Source of the DNA: an uncultured Kiritimatiellota bacterium | Lineage (GTDB): Bacteria > Verrucomicrobiota > Kiritimatiellia > RFP12 > UBA1067 | NCBI GenBank assembly: GCA_934621385.1 | Contig: CAKTUI010000004.1 | Span: forward strand, 18,451-82,450 | DNA length: 64,000 bases | Reading direction: 5' to 3' | Part shown: positions 1-8,248 of the stretch, piece by piece | Layout of the letters: each line of letters opens with the position of its first letter | How positions within the stretch are numbered: the first letter of the stretch is position 1 | Program-made: the position numbers and the translations under genes | Notes under the pieces: model-generated | Databases searched by the model: none | Told to the model about the DNA's origin: nothing | Seen by the model: only the letters and a program-made list of their open reading frames with translations

Positions 1-1496
1 GCACCCGTCACGACATCCTGAAGGCTACGGGCAAGACGCGCGCCCTCCTTGCTCCGATGCTTGCGGAGGTCGGGGACTTTCACGCATCCGAGCGTCTTCA
101 GGACCCGTGCCGAAATGCCGCCCCGATTCAGAAAAAGTTCATCGGAAAGCGGCTTGACGGGACGCTTCCAGAGTTCCGCGCCGACCAGCATCGGGTCCAC
201 CATGGCCGGATGATTCGGCAGGACCAGAATCGGCTCCTTCACCTCAAGCGGGGCCATCGTGTCAACGCGGACATCATAACGCCGCGAGAAGATCCACTTG
301 CCAACGCGGCAGAGCACCGAGCGGTAGTGAAAGGCGAAGACAATCGGAACGACCAGCCAAACGATTGCCAACAGGAGCAGGAAGAGACGAGGACCGCCCA
401 GCGCACTGACGGCCATGTAGCAGAGCGAGGCGAACATCATGAAGAGAAAGGAGACCTGGTTAAAGTAGGCGAGCATCGTGTTGAGGCGCGGCCCCTTGAC
501 CACCTTCTGTATTTCCGCGTCAAACGGCAGCTTGAAGAACCCGAGGTCAAAGGCGAGAAGCGACAGCAGAACGCTGAAGGCGACGGGTCCCAGCGGCAAG
601 CAGAAGAGTGCCAGAAGCAGGAGCGCGGCAATGAATCCGAACACGGGCGTTGCCGCAAGCAGGAAGCGGCGACGATCGACAAAGCCCGCCGTTACCTGCC
701 CAAGCACGATGCCGACCGCCGCCGCGCAGAGCATCGCCCCCGTCCGCATCGCGTCCAAACCAAGGACCTGCTTCCCGTAAATGAGCAGTCCCATCTGAAG
801 AATGGCCGCCGACCACCAGAAGACGGAGAGCGTGACAATCACGGCGGACAGTCCCGGATAGTTGTGCGCCATCCGCGCCGCACGGCGAAAGTAGCGAATC
901 GGATTGATTGCGTGGAGGGCGCGGCTACGTTCTTCCGTGGCACGGATAGTGTAGCTGAAAAGCAGTCCGAGCACGGCAAAACCGAAGAGACACGCCACCT
1001 GCGCGAAGCGTGGTAGATAATCCACCGCAAATGACGCGGCGATTGTGCCTGCGAGAACGGCCGCGAATGAGACGCCCTCCATTCCACCCATCCCCGTCGA
1101 AATGCGCTCCGCACCCCCGACATCTCGCACAAGCGCATACTTGGCAGGCGAATACAGCGCACTCTGAAGGCCCATCAGCAGGACGGCGGCGACGACAAGC
1201 ACCGTCGACTCAAGCGCAAGCCCCAACACGGCAACGGACACAATCGGCAATTCGGCCCACTTTGCAATCCGCAGAATCCCGACCTTCGGCAGCAGAACGG
1301 TCAGCCGATCCGCAAGAGGCGAACAAATCACATAGGGAAGGACAAGTGCGGCGGCGACCGTTCCCATGAAGACGGACTGCAGTCGCTCGTCCGCAATCCA
1401 GCCAATGACGGTGAAACTCGCGAGCGTCTTCAGGAAGTTGTCATTGACAATCCCGAAGAAGTTCGTGGCAAACAGAGGCGCAAACGACCTTTTCAT
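1..1496 (-). CDS. MFS lysophospholipid-transporter-like domain fused to a PlsC-type acyltransferase (LplT/Aas-like); C-terminus runs off the window
   Basis: Absent from the ORF track because no stop lies in the window. My translation of the minus strand from the ATG at 1496-1494 gives MKRSFAPLFATNFFGIVNDNFLKTLASFTVIGWIADERL (MFS N-terminus). The same frame at ~190-250 reads LEVKEPILVLPNHPAMVDPMLVG (HX4D acyltransferase motif). The listed minus ORFs in 437-1162 are all in the other two frames, consistent with one long open frame. Confidence 0.75.
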   Translation of the reverse strand, partial: MKRSFAPLFATNFFGIVNDNFLKTLASFTVIGWIADERLQSVFMGTVAAALVLPYVICSPLADRLTVLLPKVGILRIAKWAELPIVSVAVLGLALESTVLVVAAVLLMGLQSALYSPAKYALVRDVGGAERISTGMGGMEGVSFAAVLAGTIAASFAVDYLPRFAQVACLFGFAVLGLLFSYTIRATEERSRALHAINPIRYFRRAARMAHNYPGLSAVIVTLSVFWWSAAILQMGLLIYGKQVLGLDAMRTGAMLCAAAVGIVLGQVTAGFVDRRRFLLAATPVFGFIAALLLLALFCLPLGPVAFSVLLSLLAFDLGFFKLPFDAEIQKVVKGPRLNTMLAYFNQVSFLFMMFASLCYMAVSALGGPRLFLLLLAIVWLVVPIVFAFHYRSVLCRVGKWIFSRRYDVRVDTMAPLEVKEPILVLPNHPAMVDPMLVGAELWKRPVKPLSDELFLNRGGISARVLKTLGCVKVPDLRKHRSKEGARLARSLQDVVTG

Positions 1497-1584
1497 CGCG
1501 TAGAGTTCCTTTCATAACGTAATCACGCGATTACTTTATCATTTTCGGCGACGCCCTGTCAAGGGGGCTTGCCGTGGCGTTCAC

Positions 1585-2238
1585 TCAGAAAGCCGTCGCC
1601 TGCGACAGGGCCTGCGCGAGATGCGTGAGGCAGAAGGCGAGATTGTCGCGGTATTGCCCCGTCATCGACTTCTTGCCATGCACGTCGCTTACGCACTTCA
1701 GACTTCGGAAGGGAATGCCGGCCGTCTCACAGACATGCGCAATCGCCGCGCCCTCCATATCGCGAAGCCCAATCCCCAGCCGCCGCAGGAGCGGCAGATC
1801 CGTCTCGTCATCCGAGAAACGGTCTCCCGTTCCCAAAACTTCCAACGGATACACGTCCTCCGCCCTCGTTGCCAATGGAATGTAGGGACTCGTCCGCTCG
1901 TTCAGCGTGCCGACCTCCGTCCCATTGAGAGCCGAAAGGTCGAAGTCGTACTCGACGGCCGCCCGCACGGTAAAAAGTTCCCCGACTTCCATTGTCGGAC
2001 GCAGACCGCCGACAACACCAAAGTTGAGAATCTCGTCCGCCGACAACGCCGAGAGGGCGAGTTGCGCCGCCGCCGCCGCATTGCTCTTGCCGACACCCGA
2101 AATGACAACGGCAACCGATTCGCCCAACCACTGCCCTTCAATGACACGCCGTCCGAAGACACGCCGTTCGCGTTGCTCCTTCAAATGTCCAAGAAGACAG
2201 TCCGCCTCACACAGCATCGCAACGACAAAGACTCTCAC
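1585..2238 (-). CDS. MTA/SAH nucleosidase family protein (MtnN/Pfs-like; futalosine hydrolase MqnB is an alternative)
   Basis: ORF 1585..2436 trimmed to the GTG at 2238, which overlaps the upstream stop as GTGA. VRVFVVAMLCEADCL..., VISGVGKSNAAAAA and RDMEGAAIAHVCETAGIPFRSLKCVSDV match the MTAN pattern (SGIGK..., EMEATAIAHVC...ISD). Confidence 0.7.
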   Translation of the reverse strand: MRVFVVAMLCEADCLLGHLKEQRERRVFGRRVIEGQWLGESVAVVISGVGKSNAAAAAQLALSALSADEILNFGVVGGLRPTMEVGELFTVRAAVEYDFDLSALNGTEVGTLNERTSPYIPLATRAEDVYPLEVLGTGDRFSDDETDLPLLRRLGIGLRDMEGAAIAHVCETAGIPFRSLKCVSDVHGKKSMTGQYRDNLAFCLTHLAQALSQATAF

Positions 2239-3485
2239 TGCGCCAGCTCCCGTACGGCGGACAGGAACTCCGCCCGCGCCCTCTCGACATCGACACCAGG
2301 GAACCGTCCGTCCTCGTAAAGGACCTTTCCGTTCACCATTGTCAGCACGACATCGGAGGCCTGCATCGCGTGAACGATGAGGTTCGCCACATCGTGGCAC
2401 GGCATCAGATGGGGGCGTTGCAGGTCGACAACGCACAGGTCAGCACATTTGCCGACGGCGAGTTCGCCGATGTCCGTCCGCCCCAAGGCCCGTGCACCGT
2501 TGACGGTCGCCATGTCAACGACATCCCACGCCGACAGGACGGTCGGGTCGTGTGCGAGTCCCTTGTGCAGCAACGAGGCGAGGTGCATTTCCTCAAACAG
2601 GTTGAGATTGTCGTTAGACGCGCAGCCATCCGTACCCAGCGCGACATTCACGCCAAGTTCCCGTGCGGACTTGATCCGCGCAAAGCCGCTGCCCAGTTTC
2701 ATGTTGCTGGACGGATTGTGCACCAGCGACACGCGATGCTCGTGCATGATGCGGAAGTCGTCGTCCGTGCAGTAGACGCAATGCGCCGCATAGCCCCCGA
2801 AGTCGAAAAGTCCCGTCTCGGCGAGGTAGGCGATGGGGGTCTTTCCATGACGGGCCAGGCACTCGCGATGCTCCCGCTCCGTCTCCGACACGTGCACATG
2901 AACGGGACGCTTCAGCGTCTGGTTCGCCTCGGCCAGGGCGCGGCAGAAACGCTCGTTCGTCAGGTATTCGCTGTGGATGCAGATGTCGCGGCGAACGAGA
3001 TCGTCGGCGCATCCCCTGCGGACGAAATCAATGCATTCGCCCAATCGACCGGGCGGGACATCCTCCGTCTCCGAAAAGGCGAGGCCCACGCGGCAAAGGT
3101 GCGCCCGGAAGCCAAGTGCCGAAAGTGCCGCGCATCCCGCTTCGGGAAAGTCGTACATATCGGCCACGCACGTCGTACCGCCCGCCAGCATCTCCAGTAC
3201 GCCCCATCTCATCCCCGCCGCAATGTGCGCGGGTGTCATTCGGGCCTCGATGGGGAAAATCGCCTGCTCAAGCCATGCCTGAAGGGGCAACCCCGAACCG
3301 ACACCACGAACCAATGTCATGGGCGTGTGCCCGTGGCAGTTGATGAGTCCGGGGAGAATGAGTTTCGTCGGGTTCGAGACCTCATGCAACGAAATGGACG
3401 AGATGCGTCCATCGTCAACCACGAGATCGCCCGCCCCAACGCGATGTCCCGGCAGGACAAGAAGACAATCCTTAAAGATTCGCAT
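2235..3485 (-). CDS. Amidohydrolase, MTA/SAH deaminase (MtaD)-like; aminodeoxyfutalosine deaminase is an alternative
   Basis: 416 aa. N-terminal PGLINCHGHTPM (HxH metal site), HVHVSETE and LGTDGCASNDNL motifs typical of the MtaD/guanine-deaminase branch of amidohydrolases. Confidence 0.75.
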   Translation of the reverse strand: MRIFKDCLLVLPGHRVGAGDLVVDDGRISSISLHEVSNPTKLILPGLINCHGHTPMTLVRGVGSGLPLQAWLEQAIFPIEARMTPAHIAAGMRWGVLEMLAGGTTCVADMYDFPEAGCAALSALGFRAHLCRVGLAFSETEDVPPGRLGECIDFVRRGCADDLVRRDICIHSEYLTNERFCRALAEANQTLKRPVHVHVSETEREHRECLARHGKTPIAYLAETGLFDFGGYAAHCVYCTDDDFRIMHEHRVSLVHNPSSNMKLGSGFARIKSARELGVNVALGTDGCASNDNLNLFEEMHLASLLHKGLAHDPTVLSAWDVVDMATVNGARALGRTDIGELAVGKCADLCVVDLQRPHLMPCHDVANLIVHAMQASDVVLTMVNGKVLYEDGRFPGVDVERARAEFLSAVRELAQ

Positions 3486-3502
3486 GATGGCCTTGCCTCC
3501 GC

Positions 3503-5155
3503 TTAGTGCAACTGGACGTCAATCGCCCGCTCCCGCCGCCACTGCTCCGAAACGGTCGCATCGTCCGCGCCTGAGGCCAGCGGGAACCTGAAGAACCCCT
3601 CGTAGGCGACGGCACCGGCGAGTCCACGGAGTGAAAACGCCACCTCCCGCGCATTCGCTGGCAGGCGACCGACGATTTCAACCGAATTGTCGCGGTAGAG
3701 ATTCTTGAGAAGCATGGGATAGGCCTCCGCCGGACAAGTCGATGCGAAAACAATGCGCAAATCCGAGAACACGGGGTCGCGGAAGCGTGCGGACAACGCA
3801 TCGAGCCCCTCGCCCGAACGGTTCCTGAACCAACCGTCGAACACAAAGCTCTCGCCACGGTTGCCGCGTGTCAGCACGTCAATGAGTTCACGGTTCGCCG
3901 ATGACTTGACGCCATACATATAGACCGAGACGAGTCCGTCATTCAAGGTGGAGAACTTGGAGATAATCTGAGCCGTCTCGCGCACACCGACATTCGCATC
4001 GCCATCCGTCACGACGAGGGCGATGAGCGGCCGCGTCGGATCGCGAGGAAGCGTCAGCACCGACGAAATCGTGGCGAAGACATCCGTCCGGCCGTGCGCG
4101 GCAAGTTTGCCGAGCCAGGCATCGCCCGCATCGAAACTCGCCGCGTCACACGCCTGCCACGACTTGAACGCATACGAGAAGCGGTCGCGGAAGGCTACGA
4201 GATTAAAGCGGTCGCCCGTATTCGTGCAACTGCGCAGGATTCGCCGCGCCGCCTTGCGGCAGCTGTTGAGCCGCTCGTTGCCAATCGACCCCGAGGCATC
4301 AATGAGAATGACCACATCCTTCGGGACAACCGGCAGGCGGGGCTTCGGTTTCACGGTCACGCGAAAGTAGGTGAAGCCCCCGTCCGTCTGACGATCGAGT
4401 CGCGTCTCAACGAACTTGGAGAGGTCGACCGCCGAGGCGGAGGCGACCAGTTCGCGCACGGCCGACTTCTCCTGTTCGACGACTTTTTCGTCAACTGCCG
4501 CCATCACCTCCTCGACAGGCTTGAAGTCCGCCACCTTCTTCGTCTCGTCCACGAGAGGCGCCAAAGCCGTCCCCTTCTCGACCTCGGTCGCCGCCGCCGG
4601 CAGTTCCACCCGTGGCGTCGCGGCAAAAATCGGAGCCTCAAAAACAGGCGAAACCATCTCGGCGTGAATCGGCAGGTCGGAGGGCTCGGTTGCGATGACG
4701 GGGACGCGGGCCTCTTCGGGCATCCGAAATGCCTCCGTTGCCGGTGGAATCTCGGGCGAAGCCGTCTCTATGGGAAGACGCGGAGCCTCATCCTCAGGAC
4801 GCATCCGCGTCAGAAGTTCAGGCAGGGCCGCGTCGGCCGGAAGCGTCATCGCCCCCTCGTCCGAAGGTTTCGGTGCCGCCGTCTGTGGAGCTGGTAATGC
4901 GGCCCGCGTCTCCTGCGCATCGGGAGACTCCTTTTCGGCCTCGACGTCTTCCAGCACGTCAATCTTGACCGGATCCGGTCTCTCCGCCGCTTCCGAAACC
5001 ACCATCGGGCCGCGCCGTACCAGTTGCGAAACGCCATTCGTCATGTGCGTCATGACTTTCGGCTTGGCCCAAATCATCAGTCCGATGTGGACAACGGCCG
5101 ACAACACCAGTGCCGCGACAATCAAGTCGCGTCCCAAACCACCTCTTCGCGTCAT
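3503..5155 (-). CDS. Membrane-anchored von Willebrand factor A (vWA) domain protein
   Basis: N-terminal TM segment LIVAALVLSAVVHIGLMIW, a Pro/Ala/Glu-rich linker, then VVILIDASGSIGN (DxSxS MIDAS) and VVTDGDAN. ATGA overlap with the upstream TPR gene. Confidence 0.7.
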   Translation of the reverse strand: MTRRGGLGRDLIVAALVLSAVVHIGLMIWAKPKVMTHMTNGVSQLVRRGPMVVSEAAERPDPVKIDVLEDVEAEKESPDAQETRAALPAPQTAAPKPSDEGAMTLPADAALPELLTRMRPEDEAPRLPIETASPEIPPATEAFRMPEEARVPVIATEPSDLPIHAEMVSPVFEAPIFAATPRVELPAAATEVEKGTALAPLVDETKKVADFKPVEEVMAAVDEKVVEQEKSAVRELVASASAVDLSKFVETRLDRQTDGGFTYFRVTVKPKPRLPVVPKDVVILIDASGSIGNERLNSCRKAARRILRSCTNTGDRFNLVAFRDRFSYAFKSWQACDAASFDAGDAWLGKLAAHGRTDVFATISSVLTLPRDPTRPLIALVVTDGDANVGVRETAQIISKFSTLNDGLVSVYMYGVKSSANRELIDVLTRGNRGESFVFDGWFRNRSGEGLDALSARFRDPVFSDLRIVFASTCPAEAYPMLLKNLYRDNSVEIVGRLPANAREVAFSLRGLAGAVAYEGFFRFPLASGADDATVSEQWRRERAIDVQLH

Positions 5156-7107
5156 TTGACCTCCTTCGAATCCTCAGCAGGAAGGGACTTGAGAATCTCG
5201 CCGGCAGTCGTTGCGGACGGTGTCCTCTCGAAAAGTTCCGTCACCACCGTCGCATACGACCGCGCATGCTTGTAATCGTGCCTGCCCACGCAGACTTCCG
5301 CCAGATGCAAGTAGGCCTCGGCGCGTGCCGCCGCGTCCTTGGCATTCAGTTCGACGGCTCGCTTCAGCGTCGTCTCGGCATTCGTCCAGTCCTCACTGCG
5401 GGTCTGGAGCGCCCCGAGGCGCAGGGCCACCTTCGGTACGTCCTCCGTCACGCATGTTTCGGCGAGGCACTTCTGGTAGGCCTCCGCCGCACGGGCAAAC
5501 GCCCCATCGGCCTCCTCCGAGAAGCCCAGCAGGGCATAGCCGCACTGCCGCCATTCGGCCCGCTCGTTCCGCACGAGTGCACGGGCGCAGATTTTCGCCT
5601 CCTCGCCGGACAGGAGTTTGCCAACGGCGAGAATCTTCGCGGCGGACATCCGCTCCGTCGCCCCCTCGCGCACGAGTTTCGCATAGGCCGTCCGCGCCGC
5701 CTCGATATGGTCCTCATTGAAATCGTGGTCGGCAATCATGAGCCGCGCCTCACGGGACTCGTCCAGGCCAAGACCCTCCTCCGCAAGGGCCTTCTTCAGA
5801 AACTCGACGCCTTCCGCCTCATGCCCCATCCGCACGGCCGCGACGCCACGCCAGTATGTCGCCTCTGTCCGATTCCGCCCCTCAAGTTTTCCGAGCAGGG
5901 CGGACTGGAGGGAGAGATCCGCCGCAGCCCAACGCTCCTCGCGCAGATCCATCAACGCCTTGCGGAACGTGGCCTCAGCCGCCTCGGGCGTATCTGGGTA
6001 GGCCTTCGAAATGTCGGCGTACTCGCTCATGGCCTCATCCTTGCGCCCGGCCTTCTCGTAGGCCCAGGCGAGGACCAGCCTGTCCGCCGCCGCCTTCGAG
6101 ACGGCCACGACGCGTCTCATGCACTCGACCATCTTCGTTGCATCATCCGCCGCGCGCGCCTCCTGAAAGCCAATCCGTGCCAACCACGACTCCGCCATGA
6201 CGCGGTAGTCGCCCTGTGGGAAATTGAGCAGGTACGACTCAAACAGGGCCTTTGCGGACTCCGCCCCCTGGCTCGCGGATGTGGCGATGGCCTTCAAATA
6301 GGCGATGCCGTCTTTGACTTTCGCCGGGGACTCCGGACGAATCGCCGCGCACATCGCGAGGGCATCCGCATACCGTCCCGTCAGGTAACTGCTCCAGGCA
6401 CTTGTGCAGGTCGCCTCCGTCGCATACTTTCCGTTCGGATAGCGGCGCAAGTAGCGGCGCATCAGCGAATCGGCCTCACCGTAGCGTGCGCGGCGGTAGC
6501 TGACTTCGGCGGCGAGATAGAGGGCCTCCTCGGCAAAGGCCCCGTCGCTGAAAGCCACGTCGAGATAAAGTCCAACCGCCTTGCGAACCGCCACCTCATC
6601 GGGCGATGTCTGCAGAATCTGGGCGAGGCGAATCTTGGCGTAGGGGGCATTGCGCCCCTTGGGATCGAGCGCAAGATAGCGCATCAGCGCATTCGTGCTC
6701 CCCGTGTTCAGTCCGATGTGATAAAGCGCCGAGGCGCGAATCCCGCTTGCCACACGATCCGAGTCAAGGAGCAGCAACTCCGCATTCTGCTCCTCGACGG
6801 AACCCGCCAACGCACGATTAAGACGGGCGCGATCGGCGAGGTCGGAAGCCGGGTATTTCGCAAGCAGTTCCCCGTATTCCCGCCGCGCCTCCTTCGACTT
6901 GCCGAGCGCACGGTCGCATTCGGCCAGACGGTAGAGCAGGCCATCCCCCGAGAGGGACTTTTCGCCGACCAGCGCGGCATACTCGGTCCGTGCCTCCGAC
7001 CACATTCCACGGTTGAAAAGGCGGTCGGCCATCGCCAGCCGGTCGACGGGGGCGACGGCAATCGCGGCAACGACCGCCGGTAACATGAATAGGCAAAACA
7101 ACTTCAT
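5152..7107 (-). CDS. Secreted tetratricopeptide-repeat (TPR) protein
   Basis: ORF 5152..7221 trimmed to the ATG at 7107, giving signal peptide MKLFCLFMLPAVVAAIAVAP. The body is repeated A/L/Y-rich ~34-aa TPR-like units. First gene behind the promoter at 7116. Confidence 0.65.
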   Translation of the reverse strand: MKLFCLFMLPAVVAAIAVAPVDRLAMADRLFNRGMWSEARTEYAALVGEKSLSGDGLLYRLAECDRALGKSKEARREYGELLAKYPASDLADRARLNRALAGSVEEQNAELLLLDSDRVASGIRASALYHIGLNTGSTNALMRYLALDPKGRNAPYAKIRLAQILQTSPDEVAVRKAVGLYLDVAFSDGAFAEEALYLAAEVSYRRARYGEADSLMRRYLRRYPNGKYATEATCTSAWSSYLTGRYADALAMCAAIRPESPAKVKDGIAYLKAIATSASQGAESAKALFESYLLNFPQGDYRVMAESWLARIGFQEARAADDATKMVECMRRVVAVSKAAADRLVLAWAYEKAGRKDEAMSEYADISKAYPDTPEAAEATFRKALMDLREERWAAADLSLQSALLGKLEGRNRTEATYWRGVAAVRMGHEAEGVEFLKKALAEEGLGLDESREARLMIADHDFNEDHIEAARTAYAKLVREGATERMSAAKILAVGKLLSGEEAKICARALVRNERAEWRQCGYALLGFSEEADGAFARAAEAYQKCLAETCVTEDVPKVALRLGALQTRSEDWTNAETTLKRAVELNAKDAAARAEAYLHLAEVCVGRHDYKHARSYATVVTELFERTPSATTAGEILKSLPAEDSKEVK

Positions 7108-7115
7108 AGGTGGAA

Positions 7116-7124
7116 ATTGTAGCA
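7116..7124 (-). promoter_or_regulatory. Extended -10 promoter (TGCTACAAT on the minus strand) for the TPR/vWA operon; leaderless-type spacing
   Basis: Reverse complement of 7116-7124 is TGCTACAAT. A TTTACG -35-like hexamer lies 17 nt upstream. Only 8 nt separate the -10 from the ATG at 7107. Confidence 0.45.
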
Positions 7125-7157
7125 ATTTCCGTGTGCCGCGTAAAGGGGGCAACCGCT

Positions 7158-7452
7158 TGCTCGGGGGCTTGCGCGAAGCTGCCGCTCGGTCTCGGCTTCC
7201 ACGGCTGCGCTCACCTCTCACGCGTCGACAACAGAGTCTTCTTAGCCTATCCTACCTCGGCGACTATCACTGGTTGCGGACGAGACAACTCTTACGGTGG
7301 CGCCCCGTGGAAGACCTCACTCGCGACACTTCGCGCACACCCCCTCGCCCGAGAGGGGGGACAGGCCGACTACAGGCCGGAACACAGCAAATGGTCTTGT
7401 CGGCCTGCCGTCCGGCAGGCTCCCGGCCTTCCTCAAGTGCCGCGCCTGCGCC
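7158..7452. repeat. Intergenic ~290-bp repeat family, copy 1
   Basis: Aligns by eye with 15225-15460 and 17941-18229. Shared blocks: TGCTCGGGGGCTTGCGCG, CCTCGGCGACTATCACTGGTTGCGGACG, CTYCTACGGYGGCG, CTCGCCCGAGAGG, CTGCCGTCCGGCAG, GCCGCGCCYGCGCC. Confidence 0.7.
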
Positions 7453-7518
7453 ATCTGAACGCCGACGCTGTGTGGCTTTCCTCCGCTCTTCTGCCCCCCC
7501 TTCCAAGCGCGGCAGATT

Positions 7519-7550
7519 GCGGGGTTCGGGGACGCAGTCCCCGTCCCTTC
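7519..7550. repeat. Short hairpin repeat GCGGRGGTTCGGGGnCnCAGTCCCCnTCCYTTC, copy 1
   Basis: GCGGGGTTCGGGGACGCAGTCCCCGTCCCTTC, stem GGGGAC/GTCCCC (7528-7542). Near-identical copies at 18828-18858 and 36267-36297. Confidence 0.5.
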
Positions 7551-7656
7551 GACTGAACTATTCGAAGGCTTCCATCCCCCCTACCCCCGAACCGTCGGCT
7601 GTCATCCGAGCGCGCAGCAGACTCGGCTTCCTCGGTTACTCCCCTCGCAACGGAAT

Positions 7657-7782
7657 TCCGATGCCCGTCGGACGATTTTCTGATGCCCGTCGGAAAAATT
7701 TCTGATGGGCATCGGAAAGTGCTCTGATGGTCATCGGACAGCCCTGTGATGGGCATCGGGACAGAATCCGACCGAGGTAACG
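7657..7782. repeat. Array a: 5.5 tandem units of the 16-bp palindrome TCYGATG-NN-CRTCGGA at exactly 22-bp spacing
   Basis: Units at 7657-7672, 7679-7694, 7701-7716, 7723-7738 and 7745-7760, plus a half-site at 7767-7773. Dyad centres are 22 bp apart and the 6-bp spacers are unrelated. Confidence 0.85.
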
Positions 7783-8025
7783 CTTTTGCGTCCCGCCGCG
7801 ACTTCAGGAACGACACCCCTGTCGGTCTCCGAAACATCAACAGAACAACCGAATCCGAAAAGAATCCCATGATTGCGACTTCCCCTTCCCACCTGCGCTT
7901 TTACCTTATTATAGAGGAGTACTCGTTTCATTCCTCAATCCCCATGCTTCCCGCACCTTCCCACGGTTGAGCATCTTCGCCCCTCAGACGCCCCCGAGAA
8001 CGAAGCCAAAGACACTGTTTGCCCA

Positions 8026-8055
8026 TTGACAGCAAACGACCAGTTTTGATAGACT
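8026..8055 (+). promoter_or_regulatory. Sigma-70-type promoter of the leu operon
   Basis: TTGACA (8026-8031), 18-nt spacer, TAGACT (8050-8055) preceded by TGA (extended -10-like). Lies 26 nt upstream of the leader ORF. Confidence 0.55.
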
Positions 8056-8080
8056 ATGCGCCGTTGTTGAAGGACTGAAC

Positions 8081-8176
8081 ATGAACGACGCGAACATCAC
8101 AACGCTCTTCCTTCTTGGAAGCCTTGGTCTCGAGCTTACTCAGCGCGGGGCGCGCTCGGTTTTGTGAGGTTTTCGA
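8081..8176 (+). promoter_or_regulatory. Candidate leucine leader peptide plus terminator-like hairpin (attenuator) upstream of leuA
   Basis: uORF 8081-8167 = MNDANITTLFLLGSLGLELTQRGARSVL, with 6 Leu in an 11-codon stretch. Hairpin AGCGCG-GGG-CGCGCT (8142-8156) is followed by GGTTTTGTGAGGTTTTC. Confidence 0.4.
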
Positions 8177-8248
8177 CAACCATGACAAACCACGGCAAGC
8201 GACCCCGCTCGAAAGAGAGGGGTTGTTTTGTATAAGAAAAGAGATACA

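Noticed and set aside
57-1016. Long ORFs on the strand opposite to, or out of frame with, the real genes. Examples: 57..1016, 5110..7083, 13821..15491, 24531..26246, 29832..32246, 45383..48283, 55051..57060, 59825..62044.
   Set aside because: All overlap a gene with clear family motifs on the other strand. Their products are Arg/Pro/Gly/His-rich and low-complexity with no motifs. This is the usual shadow-ORF artefact of high-GC DNA.
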